In this document: positions 48,709 to 62,536 of the stretch, piece by piece
Position numbering within the stretch: position 1 is the first letter of the stretch
Layout: each line of letters starts with the position of its first letter
Assembly (NCBI GenBank): GCA_963805085.1
Contig: CAWDTA010000002.1
Location: 224,001 to 288,000 of the forward strand
Length of the DNA: 64,000 nucleotides
Direction of reading: 5' to 3'
Origin: an uncultured Veillonellaceae bacterium
Lineage (GTDB): Bacteria > Bacillota > Negativicutes > JARBTT01
Program-made: the position numbers and the translations under genes
The notes under the pieces: generated by a model
Database searches by the model: none
What the model was told of the DNA's origin: nothing
The model's input: only the letters and a program-made list of their open reading frames with translations

Positions 48709-50571
48709 TCATTCTTGTGGCTTATATAAAACATAAGTTAAGCCAAAGGCTACCCCAAAACCAACCGCATTTACTATGATATATTGTACCATATGATTGA
48801 TATATAGGAGTGTACCTGGTAATACCGTAATCCCCATACCAGTACCGGAGAGCTGAAAAATACTTGCACACATTCCAGCACAAGCCCCACCAATTAAGGC
48901 ATAAATAAACGGTCTCATAAATCTTAAATTAACGCCGAAAATCGCGGGCTCCGTAATACCCAAAAATGCCGGAATGGCCGATGAAATATAAAGCGAACGT
49001 TTTTTCTTGTCCTTGGTTTTGAGTGCTACCGCAAGCGCTGCCGCCCCTTGGGCAATAATTGCGCCAGTCATGATAGCATTGAACATATTTGTGCCAGTCG
49101 TCGCAAGTAATTCTACCTCTAGTGCATTAAAGGCATGATGTACACCGGTGACAACGATCAACTGGTGCAAGCCGCCCACAACAAAACCACCAATACCAAA
49201 CGGAAGGTATAAAAAAGTTTTAATTGCACCAAAAACCAAAATTTCAATGCTATGCATGATTGGACCAACAACAAGTAATCCTAAAACCATGGATATTAAG
49301 AGTGTCAAAAATGGTGTAACAATTAAGTCCAGTACATCTGGCACTATCTTCCTCAAGGCTTGCTGCGTTTTTGCCGCAATGATACTGAGTACCAACGCTG
49401 GCAATACCGATCCTTGATAACCGACGATAGAAATATCAATACCAAATAATGAAAGTCCAATTGGCATCGCTTCACCCGCGGCAACTACATACGCATTGGG
49501 AAGTTGTGGTGCCACGAGCATCAGACCTAGTACTATCCCAATAACCGGCGTACCACCAAATTTTTTCATCGTTGACCAAGCAACCAGCGCTGGCAAAAAA
49601 GCAAAAGCCGTATCGGTTAAAATTTGTGACATCAGTATAAAATTCTTACCAAGATCAACTCCCAGATTTGTCATCAGGCCTCTAATGCCCATAAATAAAC
49701 CAGTGGCAACGAGTACTGGAATTATTGGTACAAAAACATCACCAAAGGTTCTCGATATCTTTTGCAGCACAGACATTTCATCATAAGCGGCTTCTTTATG
49801 ATTGCTATTCCTAAGTTCTGCCGAATCGTTTACGATAACATCATAAACTTTATTTACAAAGCCAGTTCCTAAGATAATTTGATATTGTGCTGCTGCAAAG
49901 AATTGCCCCTTTACCCCATCAATTGCTTCAATTTCTTTTTCCTTAATTTTTTCTTTATATTTTAAAATCAATCGCAGGCGTGTCGCACAATGCTCGACTG
50001 ACCTAATATTTTCTCTTCCACCAACATGTAATAAAATCTGTTCGGCAACTGTATACTCTTTTGCCACCACTCCTGTTGCTACACCTGGTTTTACCATAGT
50101 GGAAGAGCTGCTTGTACTGCCAGCTACACTATTTTGTTCTGCCTGCGTGATGTCTAGTTCTTGTTTGATAGAAACATTGCCATATTGATCGGCGTTGGTT
50201 ACCACAACAGGCGTCGTAACATCATAACCACTTTTAACGATGGCATCCTTATCGAATTCAACCAGTAACTCACCTTTTTTGATTCTATCCCCTTGCGTTA
50301 TGTAAGCAGTAAAATAGTTACCACCTAAATTTACCGTATCAAAACCAATGTGAATTAATAGCTCTACACCATCGGTTGAAACCAATCCGATTGCATGTTT
50401 TGTTTCAAATAAAGCCGATACTATACCATCAAATGGTGCCACGACTTTGCCATCACTCGGCATTATCGCCGCTCCTTTACCCAAAGCTCCACTTGAAAAA
50501 ACAGCATCTTTTACTTCACTTAAAGAAATCATTTCACCCTTTATTGGGCTAGTAATGATAATATCTTTCAT
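48709..50571 (-). CDS. scrA: Sucrose-type PTS EII with domain order IIA-IIB-IIC
   Basis: N-terminal IIA (LLIHIGFDTV), IIB HCATRLR, IIC VGYQGSVLP, VVTGVHH, GITEPAIFGVNL. Confidence 0.88.
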   Translation of the reverse strand: MKDIIITSPIKGEMISLSEVKDAVFSSGALGKGAAIMPSDGKVVAPFDGIVSALFETKHAIGLVSTDGVELLIHIGFDTVNLGGNYFTAYITQGDRIKKGELLVEFDKDAIVKSGYDVTTPVVVTNADQYGNVSIKQELDITQAEQNSVAGSTSSSSTMVKPGVATGVVAKEYTVAEQILLHVGGRENIRSVEHCATRLRLILKYKEKIKEKEIEAIDGVKGQFFAAAQYQIILGTGFVNKVYDVIVNDSAELRNSNHKEAAYDEMSVLQKISRTFGDVFVPIIPVLVATGLFMGIRGLMTNLGVDLGKNFILMSQILTDTAFAFLPALVAWSTMKKFGGTPVIGIVLGLMLVAPQLPNAYVVAAGEAMPIGLSLFGIDISIVGYQGSVLPALVLSIIAAKTQQALRKIVPDVLDLIVTPFLTLLISMVLGLLVVGPIMHSIEILVFGAIKTFLYLPFGIGGFVVGGLHQLIVVTGVHHAFNALEVELLATTGTNMFNAIMTGAIIAQGAAALAVALKTKDKKKRSLYISSAIPAFLGITEPAIFGVNLRFMRPFIYALIGGACAGMCASIFQLSGTGMGITVLPGTLLYINHMVQYIIVNAVGFGVAFGLTYVLYKPQE

Positions 50572-50600
50572 CTACATTTCCTCCTTAAATCCGCAAGGTA

Positions 50601-50652
50601 TGGAACCGATTCCACAAAACATATCATACCAGTTGTAAAATTGCCCTGTCAA
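50601..50652 (-). promoter_or_regulatory. scr promoter with LacI-type operator
   Basis: TTGACA-18-TATGAT (50652-50623) followed by the palindrome TGGAATCGGTTCCA (50614-50601). Confidence 0.75.
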
Positions 50653-50802
50653 CAGTTTTTATTATCTAAATATTCAATATATCATGTCTTTTTTACGAAA
50701 GAATATTTTTATTTACTTGTTTTAGCCTTTATCACTTGCCACGAGCCTTAGTTCTTCAATATAATAAAGGAGTATATTATAAAAAGGAATCAGGCTGATA
50801 TC

Positions 50803-52674
50803 ATGGAAAAAAGCACTATCAAAATGTTTGATTTAGAGACCTATCGTACGTTAACAGAATATAATGGTGATATCCTATTTGAATGGGACTTAGAAACAGA
50901 TCGTTTTTTCGTTACGCCTAACTGGTTTGATATTTTCGGCTATATACCCTCTAGCTATCATTTTAGTAATGAGCTTGAGAAGAAGGCAATGATTCATCCT
51001 GATGATATTCACTTGTTTAAAGAATATATTGAAACCATTCATTATAATCAGCATGATTTAGCGAATAAAAAACTGTATTCTAAATTAGAACTACGGTTTC
51101 GCAATGTTTATCATCAATATATCTGGTGTAAACTCAGATTAGCAACTGCTTTTTCTAGTCGCAATCTTCCCTATAAAATATCGGGAATGATTACAGATAT
51201 TGATTTTGATAAAAAACACCGTGAAACTTTACTCGATCAAGCACAAAAAGACTTATTAACGGGTCTTTATAATAAAGTTACTACCCATACACTCATTGAG
51301 AAGTACCTGCATAGTTCCCCCACCACGAATAAACACGCCTTAATGATTATCGACCTTGATGGCTTCAAAGCAATCAATGATAACTTTGGCCATTTATTTG
51401 GTGATGCTGTCATCTGTGACTTGGCAACCAGTATCAAAAAAAACTTTCCAGATTCCGATATTGTCGGACGTGTTGGTGGCGATGAATTTGTTGTCTTAGT
51501 TAAAAATGTGACAAAAGGCGAATGGTTACGCAATAAGGCTCTGGCCTTAAACATTGCCCTACGCCGATCGTATATCACAGATCAGAAAGAGTATAAAATA
51601 TCGGGCAGTATTGGCATTGCCATTTATCCCATCCACTGTGAAAAATTCAACGATTTATTCAAAGCTGCCGACCAAGCATTATATTATGCAAAAGAAACGG
51701 GCAAAGATAAATATGTCATTTATTATCCGCAATTGCCGAAAGTAGAGTATCAAAACCCGCGGACAAATAGCGAAGATAATTTATCTCAAGGCAAAAAATC
51801 TTTTCATGATAATTTAACCGAATATATTTTTAGATTACTCTATAGCTCCGTAGACAGTACCGCTACAATCAAAATAATTTTGGAAGTGCTCGGCAAACGG
51901 TTCAATGTTAGCCGTGCTTTTATCTATGAGCGTAGCACCGATGGCAATCATTATTCGATTGCATTTCAATGGTGTAACCGAAATATTTCACCCATTGAAC
52001 ATTCGCTGAAACTCTTAGCCGCGGATAAGGTTGAAAAACTCTATGCTCAATTAAATCATCAAAATATGCTCAATTGTAGCAATGTTAACATGCTTAACGC
52101 AAACCAGCGAGAATTCTTCGAAATAGAAAATATTCAGGCTTTCTTGCATAGTAGAATCATTGACAGTGGTATTCCGAAAGGGTGCATTGGCTTTGATGAG
52201 TGTACCTCGCCTCGTAATTGGACGGTGGAAGAAGTTGACATCTTGGTCTTTATCTCCGAGATGCTCACTACTTTTTTACTCAAAAAAAATGCAGTTAAAA
52301 AAAGCAAGGAGATAGAAGCCAGCCTAGTCAATATTCTGCATCATGTTGATGCCTGGCTCTACGTCGTCGATAAGTATACCTATGATGTACTATTCGTTAA
52401 TAAAAAACTCAATGCAGCTATTGGTCAAAATGGCGACAGCTTTAAATGCTATCATGTTTTCCACAATAGCGAAGCCCCATGTTCTGATTGTCCAATGAAA
52501 GATATCTCATTAAACTCTAGGCATTCTGTCAAAGAATTCTATGATAAAACTAAAAATATCTGGGTAAAAATGAACGCCTCAAAAATCAGCTGGAATGATT
52601 CCTCTGATGCCTGCCTCATTCAAGTTGATGATATCTCAGCGCGAAAACAGTTGGAATTTTTGCCGATGAATTAA
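50803..52674 (+). CDS. Diguanylate cyclase (PAS-GGDEF-GAF-PAS-like)
   Basis: DLLTGLYN, IDLDGFKAINDNFGHLFGD, GRVGGDEF, ADQALYYAKETGK. Confidence 0.9.
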   Translation: MEKSTIKMFDLETYRTLTEYNGDILFEWDLETDRFFVTPNWFDIFGYIPSSYHFSNELEKKAMIHPDDIHLFKEYIETIHYNQHDLANKKLYSKLELRFRNVYHQYIWCKLRLATAFSSRNLPYKISGMITDIDFDKKHRETLLDQAQKDLLTGLYNKVTTHTLIEKYLHSSPTTNKHALMIIDLDGFKAINDNFGHLFGDAVICDLATSIKKNFPDSDIVGRVGGDEFVVLVKNVTKGEWLRNKALALNIALRRSYITDQKEYKISGSIGIAIYPIHCEKFNDLFKAADQALYYAKETGKDKYVIYYPQLPKVEYQNPRTNSEDNLSQGKKSFHDNLTEYIFRLLYSSVDSTATIKIILEVLGKRFNVSRAFIYERSTDGNHYSIAFQWCNRNISPIEHSLKLLAADKVEKLYAQLNHQNMLNCSNVNMLNANQREFFEIENIQAFLHSRIIDSGIPKGCIGFDECTSPRNWTVEEVDILVFISEMLTTFLLKKNAVKKSKEIEASLVNILHHVDAWLYVVDKYTYDVLFVNKKLNAAIGQNGDSFKCYHVFHNSEAPCSDCPMKDISLNSRHSVKEFYDKTKNIWVKMNASKISWNDSSDACLIQVDDISARKQLEFLPMN

Positions 52675-52738
52675 CAAAAACTCACTTTTCAAATCCGTTT
52701 AGGACTGAAAAGTGAGCTTTTGTTTTTAACGAATCGAT

Positions 52739-53575
52739 CTACTTGTTTTTAACCACTTTTTCAATATGTATAATCAAATACATTTGTTCTTCTTTTGTTA
52801 ATTCATATTCATATTCTGCGGCAATCATTGTTTTGATGTTCTTGACGCATTCATATGTATTGACGTATTTTTCGCTCATTGCATCAAACATTTCATCGTC
52901 TTTATCTTCATAGACTTTCCCACTAAACAAGCGCTGTGCAAGCGATTTCAAATGGGTTACAAAACGACTGTAATTAAGAGACTCTTCATCATATTCAAAT
53001 TTATAGTGAGTTTTTACCATATTCAAAATGCCTTGAATCATCTTTGTCACATCAACAATACGATCTAAATCTCCATTTAACTCTGCATTGACGAAATGCA
53101 AAGCGATAAAAGCTGCTTCATCTTCTTTTAAACTAACACTGCACTGCCGCTGTAATAAAGCCAGAGCCTTCTGACCGATGATAAACTCATCTTTATAAAT
53201 GTGTCTAATTTCCCAGCGCAATGCATTTTTCAATTGAAAGCCATAGCTTTCTCTGCCAATCACCCGATAAATATGTTCAGTCAACGTAACATAAATACTA
53301 TCATCAAATTTTTTGACATAGGTCTCTTTCGCATAATCAATGATTTTTGTGCTTAATAGGATGTATTCTAATGGAATTTCCAGCGCAACTTTTTTAAACA
53401 ACGCAAATACATCTGGATTCAAAAAAGTAAAAATTTTCTGTATTTTTTTGGCATCTACAAGTGAGTCACCGCTGTTTAAGCGAAAAGCAATACCTCTCCC
53501 TACCACAATCACTTCTTGTGATTTTTCATTGAAACACACAATAGCGTTATTATTCAGGACTTCTTCAATCTTCAT
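52739..53575 (-). CDS. BglG/LicT-family antiterminator
   Basis: CAT domain LNNNAIV..GRGIAF and two PRDs (LTEHI, IALHF, FVTHL, LIIHI). Confidence 0.93.
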   Translation of the reverse strand: MKIEEVLNNNAIVCFNEKSQEVIVVGRGIAFRLNSGDSLVDAKKIQKIFTFLNPDVFALFKKVALEIPLEYILLSTKIIDYAKETYVKKFDDSIYVTLTEHIYRVIGRESYGFQLKNALRWEIRHIYKDEFIIGQKALALLQRQCSVSLKEDEAAFIALHFVNAELNGDLDRIVDVTKMIQGILNMVKTHYKFEYDEESLNYSRFVTHLKSLAQRLFSGKVYEDKDDEMFDAMSEKYVNTYECVKNIKTMIAAEYEYELTKEEQMYLIIHIEKVVKNK

Positions 53576-53617
53576 ACATACCCCTCTTACAATATTATTT
53601 TAAAAATATACTGCAAT

Positions 53618-53693
53618 AAAAAGGCAAACCCTATAACGTTACCATTATAGGTTTCACCTGTATTCCTACTACTTTGTTAACCGGTAACTATTC
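53618..53693 (-). promoter_or_regulatory. RAT-like sequence overlapping a terminator in the antiterminator leader
   Basis: GAATAGTTACCG...CAGGTGAAACC overlapping the hairpin AGGTGAAACCTATAA..TTATAGGGTTTGCCT and a T-tract. Confidence 0.65.
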
Positions 53694-53750
53694 GATCGTA
53701 TAACAATGCTTTATTGTCCAGTACTTTTTTCCAGTTATATTCATTATACT

Positions 53751-54803
53751 TTATTTTCTTTTCAATACGCAACGTATTCCTGGTTTTATTCTCGGTAAAG
53801 CAAAACATTTGCTACAATTTAGGCACTTTGATTTTTCTTGTCCATTAAGCAAGCGCTGAATAATATCTGGCTCACAAATAAATGGACGGCTAAGCGACAC
53901 CATATCAATACCACTTTCCAAGACTTGATCCATATCAGCCAAGGAACGCACCCCACCGACTAAGATGATCGGAAGTTCAGGAACGGCTTTTTTTATTTTT
54001 CTAATCCGTTCTACATAATAATTGGTTGCCGTACGAGGTTGTGAAATAAAATCAACACCACTAAGTTCCACCGCTTCAACACCAAGCTTAGCAAGTTCTT
54101 GTAACATATATAGCAAATCTTGCTCATATGCAAGATCATCTGTCCGTGAATCATTATTTATTTTAATGAATAATGGAAATTGTTCGCCACATTTTTCCTT
54201 TATACCAACGACAATTTCCCGAATCAAACGAAAACGATTTTCCACTGTACCGCCATAAGCATCAGTCCGGTGATTAAATGTTGTATCAATGAATTGAGAT
54301 AGCAAATAACTGTGGGCAACATGTAGTTGCACGCCATCAAGACCACTTTGTTTTACTCGATAAGCCGCATTAATAAATTCGGTCTTAATCTGCGCAATTT
54401 CTTCGATCGTAAGTTCACGTGATACTTTACCCTTTTTAAGCTCAGCTGCCGAAACGCCGGCCAAATCCTCATGATTGACTGCCCGCGGCCCCGCATGGTT
54501 AATTTGGGCAACAATTTTTGCACCATATTTATTTACAAGAGTATGTAGTTTTTTTAATTGTGGAATAAACGCATCATCATAGATGGCCGTCTGATCTTCA
54601 TTGGCCATGCCTGTAGGCGAAACACTGCAGTGACCTGTAATAATAAGTCCCACATCATTTGCGGCAAGTTCTTGATACATAGCATACTCTGCCTCTGACA
54701 TTGCCCCTTCTTTCGTACCCAAGAAACAATGCGTTGCCGAGCGCACAATTCTATTTTTTATCTGCATATGTTTTAAATCAATTTCTTCTAATATTTTTGT
54801 CAT
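53751..54803 (-). CDS. NADH:flavin oxidoreductase (Old Yellow Enzyme family)
   Basis: KNRIVRSAT, QINHAG, DGVQLHVAHSYLLSQF, RTDAYGG..ENRFR; C-terminal CLNCSKC. Confidence 0.9.
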   Translation of the reverse strand: MTKILEEIDLKHMQIKNRIVRSATHCFLGTKEGAMSEAEYAMYQELAANDVGLIITGHCSVSPTGMANEDQTAIYDDAFIPQLKKLHTLVNKYGAKIVAQINHAGPRAVNHEDLAGVSAAELKKGKVSRELTIEEIAQIKTEFINAAYRVKQSGLDGVQLHVAHSYLLSQFIDTTFNHRTDAYGGTVENRFRLIREIVVGIKEKCGEQFPLFIKINNDSRTDDLAYEQDLLYMLQELAKLGVEAVELSGVDFISQPRTATNYYVERIRKIKKAVPELPIILVGGVRSLADMDQVLESGIDMVSLSRPFICEPDIIQRLLNGQEKSKCLNCSKCFALPRIKPGIRCVLKRK

Positions 54804-54945
54804 AGGTTGCTTCAGCCCTCCAAAACTAAATAATCATATCAACTCTATTATAGCATAATTAAGCGACTGCATAGTCATCTTTTTTTCCTTATTAATAAAA
54901 AGAAGAGGAGCTGTTGTAAAATAATCACAATAGCTCCTAAATCTA

Positions 54946-56205
54946 TTATTTTACTGTTCGTCTAATATCGGCACCTAGTCCACAAAGTTTGCTGACAAGC
55001 TGATCATAGCCACGATCGATATGATGAATATAGCCCACTTGCGTTTCTCCATCAGCCACCAAACCAGCAAGCACCATTGCGGCACCTGCACGAAGATCAG
55101 TTGCTTTCACCTGACACCCCGTTAAAGTCCCTACGCCTTCAACAACAGCACTGCGGCCTTCAATTTTGATATTTGCACCCATACGTTTGAGTTCATCTAC
55201 GTGCATAAAACGGTTTTCGAACACCGTTTCTGTAACAACGCTAGTACCTTCTGCTATTGTTTGCATAGCCATAAATTGCGCTTGCATATCGGTTGGAAAC
55301 CCAGGATAAGGTAGCGTTTTAATGTCAACGGCTTTGATTGGACCATCACAGCTTACACGTATACCGCTAATCTCTTCTTCTATTGTGACACCTGCTTCTT
55401 TTAATTTCGCAATCACAGGTTTTAAGTGTTCACTAATTGCATTTTCAATATAAACATTACCCCTTGTCATTGCTGCTGCAACCATGTAAGTCCCAGCTTC
55501 AATACGGTCAGGGATAATTGTATAGTTTTTACCTTCTAAGCGTTCCACGCCTTCAATTTTAATGACATTTGTTCCAGCACCGCGAATATTCGCACCCATA
55601 ACATTTAAATAATTTACTAAATCAATAATTTCAGGTTCATGGGCTGGATTTTCGATGATGGTTTGACCTTTCGCCATACATGCTGCCATAATAATATTTT
55701 CTGTTGCCCCTACGCTTGGAAAATCAAGATAAATTCTAGCACCAGTTAAACCATTTGGTGCTGTTGCTTCAATATAGCCATGTCCAGTTTCTATTTTTGC
55801 CCCAAGTGCTTCAAAACCCTTTAAGTGTAAATCTATTGGTCTTGTCCCAATGGCACAGCCTCCTGGCAAAGAAATTTTGGCATGTCCACAACGTGCTAAT
55901 AATGGTCCCATAATTAAGAATGATGCCCGCATTTTTCTCACAAGTTCATAAGGAGCTTCACAAGATACGATATTCGTACTATCAACATTGAGCGTATTAT
56001 CGCCATTATTCACAACTTTCACGCCCAATTGGCATAACACTTCCGAAATCGTGCGTACATCTTCTAGGTCTGGTACTTCTTCCAGCATGCTCGGTGTTTG
56101 CCCTAGTAGTGTTGCCGCAATAATCGGTAAAACCGCATTTTTTGCCCCACTAATCTTTACCGATCCCTCTAATCTCTTGCCACCATTTATAATCAGCTTT
56201 TCCAT
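54946..56205 (-). CDS. murA: UDP-N-acetylglucosamine 1-carboxyvinyltransferase
   Basis: [35 protein letters not shown]. Confidence 0.97.
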   Translation of the reverse strand: MEKLIINGGKRLEGSVKISGAKNAVLPIIAATLLGQTPSMLEEVPDLEDVRTISEVLCQLGVKVVNNGDNTLNVDSTNIVSCEAPYELVRKMRASFLIMGPLLARCGHAKISLPGGCAIGTRPIDLHLKGFEALGAKIETGHGYIEATAPNGLTGARIYLDFPSVGATENIIMAACMAKGQTIIENPAHEPEIIDLVNYLNVMGANIRGAGTNVIKIEGVERLEGKNYTIIPDRIEAGTYMVAAAMTRGNVYIENAISEHLKPVIAKLKEAGVTIEEEISGIRVSCDGPIKAVDIKTLPYPGFPTDMQAQFMAMQTIAEGTSVVTETVFENRFMHVDELKRMGANIKIEGRSAVVEGVGTLTGCQVKATDLRAGAAMVLAGLVADGETQVGYIHHIDRGYDQLVSKLCGLGADIRRTVK

Positions 56206-56281
56206 TAATATCCTCCTGAAATCCGTATACTACTAAGAATAATCCTTTTGATCTGCAGCTAGTTGAAATCCCTTGTCCATA

Positions 56282-57034
56282 TTAATACTCAATTGAAATT
56301 ACTGGCGAACCAATAATCACGTAAGTACGACCATCGTATTCATTATACCGCATTACCATATTAAGATTGACTATATCTTTACCTGCAATAACGCGCTCCT
56401 CTATCGTTGGGGCAAAACCTACATAACTAAAATACGTTTTAGCATCTGTCTTTTTCATCGGCGTTGCACCAATGGAGTCGAAGGCATCTTGCAAGCGTAA
56501 TGACCATTCATCATTCCTTAGTTTACCATCAAGATACCCCTTCAAGCAAGTGCTAATCGTCGGAGATGAATGGAATTTTTTCATAATATTTTTTAATTTT
56601 GCTTTTGTTTGGATAATTTTATCTTCCTCTGCTGATTTTTCCATGTAATTCACCGATAAAAAGGTAGTATTCTTGGATGTATCCTGCTCCACCATATTGC
56701 AAATCGCAATGCTCATTTTCTTATTTTCGATCTCAACTTTCGCTTTGACATCAATTTTTTCCGTGTCTTCTATAACTTCAATCGTATACTGATCCTCTGT
56801 AAATCCCAACTCTTTTAACATATCTTTTTCAATCTTCATAAATATAGCAACATTTTCAAACTCTTCTGGCAATTTTTCCCATGCGTAAATATAAAAGCTA
56901 TCTACTTCTGCACCGGTGGCTTGCATAGCAGCGCTTAACGGCTCCGATAGCGTCACCGGTACGTTTTGCGCTTTACTAATAAATACAATATTAATCATAA
57001 GAACTAAAAAAATACCAACTATAACTTTTCTCAT
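56282..57034 (-). CDS. ywmB: YwmB-family protein
   Basis: Conserved position between atpC and murA; C-terminal VNLNMVMRYN..IIGSPVISIEY. Confidence 0.8.
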   Translation of the reverse strand: MRKVIVGIFLVLMINIVFISKAQNVPVTLSEPLSAAMQATGAEVDSFYIYAWEKLPEEFENVAIFMKIEKDMLKELGFTEDQYTIEVIEDTEKIDVKAKVEIENKKMSIAICNMVEQDTSKNTTFLSVNYMEKSAEEDKIIQTKAKLKNIMKKFHSSPTISTCLKGYLDGKLRNDEWSLRLQDAFDSIGATPMKKTDAKTYFSYVGFAPTIEERVIAGKDIVNLNMVMRYNEYDGRTYVIIGSPVISIEY

Positions 57035-57150
57035 TTTGTTAACCTCCACTAAACTCTTATTAATTTCATTCTTACCAGATTTTAGCTTTGATATACAAAA
57101 AGGGTGTAATCAAAAGAGTTCTTTTGATTACACCCGCTCTATGATTTCTA

Positions 57151-57564
57151 TTACTTATTCGAAAACTTATTCGTAGCCATTAAACGTGCTTTGGCACGAT
57201 TTAAAGCGGCTTGAGCACGATTCATATCAACATCAGTTTTCTCTGTATTGATGCGCGCTAAAGCTCTATCATATGCTTTTTGCGCACGATCTACATCAAT
57301 TTGTTCAGGTAACTCTGCATTCGTTGCAAGCACTGTGATTTTTTTTGGTTGAACCTCAATAAAACCACCGCTTACTGCGATTAAGTGCTCACCTTCATCT
57401 GTTAATACTCTCATTGGCGCTGGCACAAGTCCGGCGATTAAAGGAGCATGGTTAGGCAAAATACCGAGCTCGCCATCCGTACTTCTTACAATAAGCATAT
57501 TAATATCTGTTGTATAAACGACTCTTTGTGGAGAAACAATTTCTAGCTTAATTTTGTTAGCCAA
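57151..57564 (-). CDS. atpC: ATP synthase epsilon
   Basis: GELGILPNHAPLI, VSGGFIEV. Confidence 0.96.
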   Translation of the reverse strand: MANKIKLEIVSPQRVVYTTDINMLIVRSTDGELGILPNHAPLIAGLVPAPMRVLTDEGEHLIAVSGGFIEVQPKKITVLATNAELPEQIDVDRAQKAYDRALARINTEKTDVDMNRAQAALNRAKARLMATNKFSNK

Positions 57565-57567
57565 TTG

Positions 57568-58992
<1,425 letters not shown>

Positions 58993-59844
58993 TTAATTCA
59001 AGGCTTCGGCACCACTCACGATTTCATTGATCTCAGTAGTAATACCAGCCTGACGAATTTTATTATAAGTTAAGACTAATTTATGAATTAAATCTTGTGC
59101 ATTATCTGTTGCACTACTCATTGCTGTCATACGAGAACCAAGTTCACTCGCAGCTGCTTGCAATAGTGCAGCGTAAATCATAGTTTCTAGATATTGTGGC
59201 AATAAGTGCCCAAGCACTTCACCAGCAGATGGCTCATAAATATATTCGCCATTTTGTCCAGCCTCTTGTCCTTCAATACCTGTAAACGGTAATAATTTTA
59301 CCGTTGTTGGAACGACGTTAATGGTAGAAATAAATTTGGTATACACCATATAAATTTCATCACATTCGCCTTTTGTGAACATATCAATTATTTTAGATGC
59401 AATACCTCTTGCATCTTCATAAGTCGGTCTTTCACTAAACCCTGCATACTCAGCAGTAATAGAATAGCCACGATTTCTAAAATATTCGTTAGACTTTCTA
59501 CCTACAGTGACGAGATCCGCCTCGCTTTTGCTTGAAAGATTTGCCACAACTTCTTTGAAGACGTTGCTGGCATAAGCCCCAGCCAAACCTTTATCAGAGG
59601 CTAATACGACATAAACTTTCTTGTCGACTTTCCGTACTTCAAGTAGTGGATGACTTACTTCACCTGCATTTGCAGCGACATCATTCAATACTTGACGCAT
59701 TTTATCTGCATATGGTTTGTTTGCCGAAGCATTTTCCTGAGCTCGGCGCAGACGAGCTGCAGCAACCATTTTCATGGCTTTAGTGATTTGCTGAATGTTT
59801 TTTACACTCTTTATCCGCCGACGGATATCTTGTAAATTAGCCAA
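58993..59844 (-). CDS. atpG: ATP synthase gamma
   Basis: ITKAMKMVAAA, RQAGITTEINEIV. Confidence 0.97.
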   Translation of the reverse strand: MANLQDIRRRIKSVKNIQQITKAMKMVAAARLRRAQENASANKPYADKMRQVLNDVAANAGEVSHPLLEVRKVDKKVYVVLASDKGLAGAYASNVFKEVVANLSSKSEADLVTVGRKSNEYFRNRGYSITAEYAGFSERPTYEDARGIASKIIDMFTKGECDEIYMVYTKFISTINVVPTTVKLLPFTGIEGQEAGQNGEYIYEPSAGEVLGHLLPQYLETMIYAALLQAAASELGSRMTAMSSATDNAQDLIHKLVLTYNKIRQAGITTEINEIVSGAEALN

Positions 59845-59867
59845 TTAAAATCACCTCGCAGCTTCAA

Positions 59868-61397
<1,530 letters not shown>

Positions 61398-61416
61398 TCA
61401 CCCCAATCTTAACAAT

Positions 61417-61956
61417 TTAATTTGTCAATAATTGTGCTTTTAACACTTGCATTCTACGCGTTACACTGCCATCAATCAGCTTATCACCGATTTTCACAAC
61501 AACGCCGCCTAAAATACTTTTATCTATTTTTGTTTTGATAACAACCGTTTTACCAGTTGTCACGCTTAATTTTTTCACTAATTGAGCTTCTTGCTCGGTG
61601 CTTAATGCACATGCAACAGTAACTTCTGCTTCGACAATATCTTGCGCAGCATTCGCTAGTACTGTGTATTCACCAAGGATCTGTTTTAATAAACTTTCGC
61701 GACGTTTATCTACTAATAGCAATAAAAAATTATAAACAACTTTAGCTAGCTTACCTTGAAATAATTTAGCAATCACTTCTTTTTTCGCTTCTGGTTTGAT
61801 GCGCGGATGATTGATGAAATTCGTCAAATCAGCTTGACTATACACAGTATCTGTTACTTCCACCAATTGCTCGCCAAACTGTGTTAATTGCTTTTCTTCA
61901 AGAGCCACTTCATAAATCGCCCTTGCATATTTCTGTGCTAACTGAGTGGTTAGCAT
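61417..61956 (-). CDS. atpH: ATP synthase delta
   Basis: YARAIY...ILGGVVVKIGDKLIDGSV. Confidence 0.95.
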   Translation of the reverse strand: MLTTQLAQKYARAIYEVALEEKQLTQFGEQLVEVTDTVYSQADLTNFINHPRIKPEAKKEVIAKLFQGKLAKVVYNFLLLLVDKRRESLLKQILGEYTVLANAAQDIVEAEVTVACALSTEQEAQLVKKLSVTTGKTVVIKTKIDKSILGGVVVKIGDKLIDGSVTRRMQVLKAQLLTN

Positions 61957-62453
61957 GGTAGGCCACCTATTTTCTCTGCATCTAATTTATCGATGAATTC
62001 GCTCACTAATTGTTCGTTTACTTTTTCATCAATATTACTATTAATAATTTTAGCAGCTGCTGCCATCGATAAAGCTACTACTTCACCCTTAAGTTTAGCT
62101 ACTGCAAGTTCACGGTCGCGATCAATATCAGCTTGAGCGGATTTACGCATGCGTTCAATCTCAGCTCTTGTTTCGGCTATACCAGCTTCTCTTTCCTCAG
62201 CAGCAAGTTTCGTCGCTTTATCAACGATTTCTTGTGCTTCAATCCGAGCAGAAGCCAATTGTTTTTGATAATCTACTAATAATTTTTTTGCTGCAATTTC
62301 ATCTTGTTCAGCGGATTTAATGCTATTGGCGATTTTTTCTTCACGTTCTGCTAATGCTTTCATTAGCGGCTTATAAGCCACTTTTGTTAAGATTACAACT
62401 AATATGAGAAAATTTAAAATTTGAGCAACTAACGTCATATTAATATCAACCAT
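61950..62453 (-). CDS. atpF: ATP synthase Fo b
   Basis: QILNFLIL..YKPL..L.ERE followed by a coiled coil. Confidence 0.95.
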   Translation of the reverse strand: MVDINMTLVAQILNFLILVVILTKVAYKPLMKALAEREEKIANSIKSAEQDEIAAKKLLVDYQKQLASARIEAQEIVDKATKLAAEEREAGIAETRAEIERMRKSAQADIDRDRELAVAKLKGEVVALSMAAAAKIINSNIDEKVNEQLVSEFIDKLDAEKIGGLPC

Positions 62454-62536
62454 TTTTGAACCTCCTTATCTAGCGCGTATCTCGTATAAATTGGGCGACG
62501 GCAAAGGATGCTGTCGCCCCATACATCAATCGTCAA

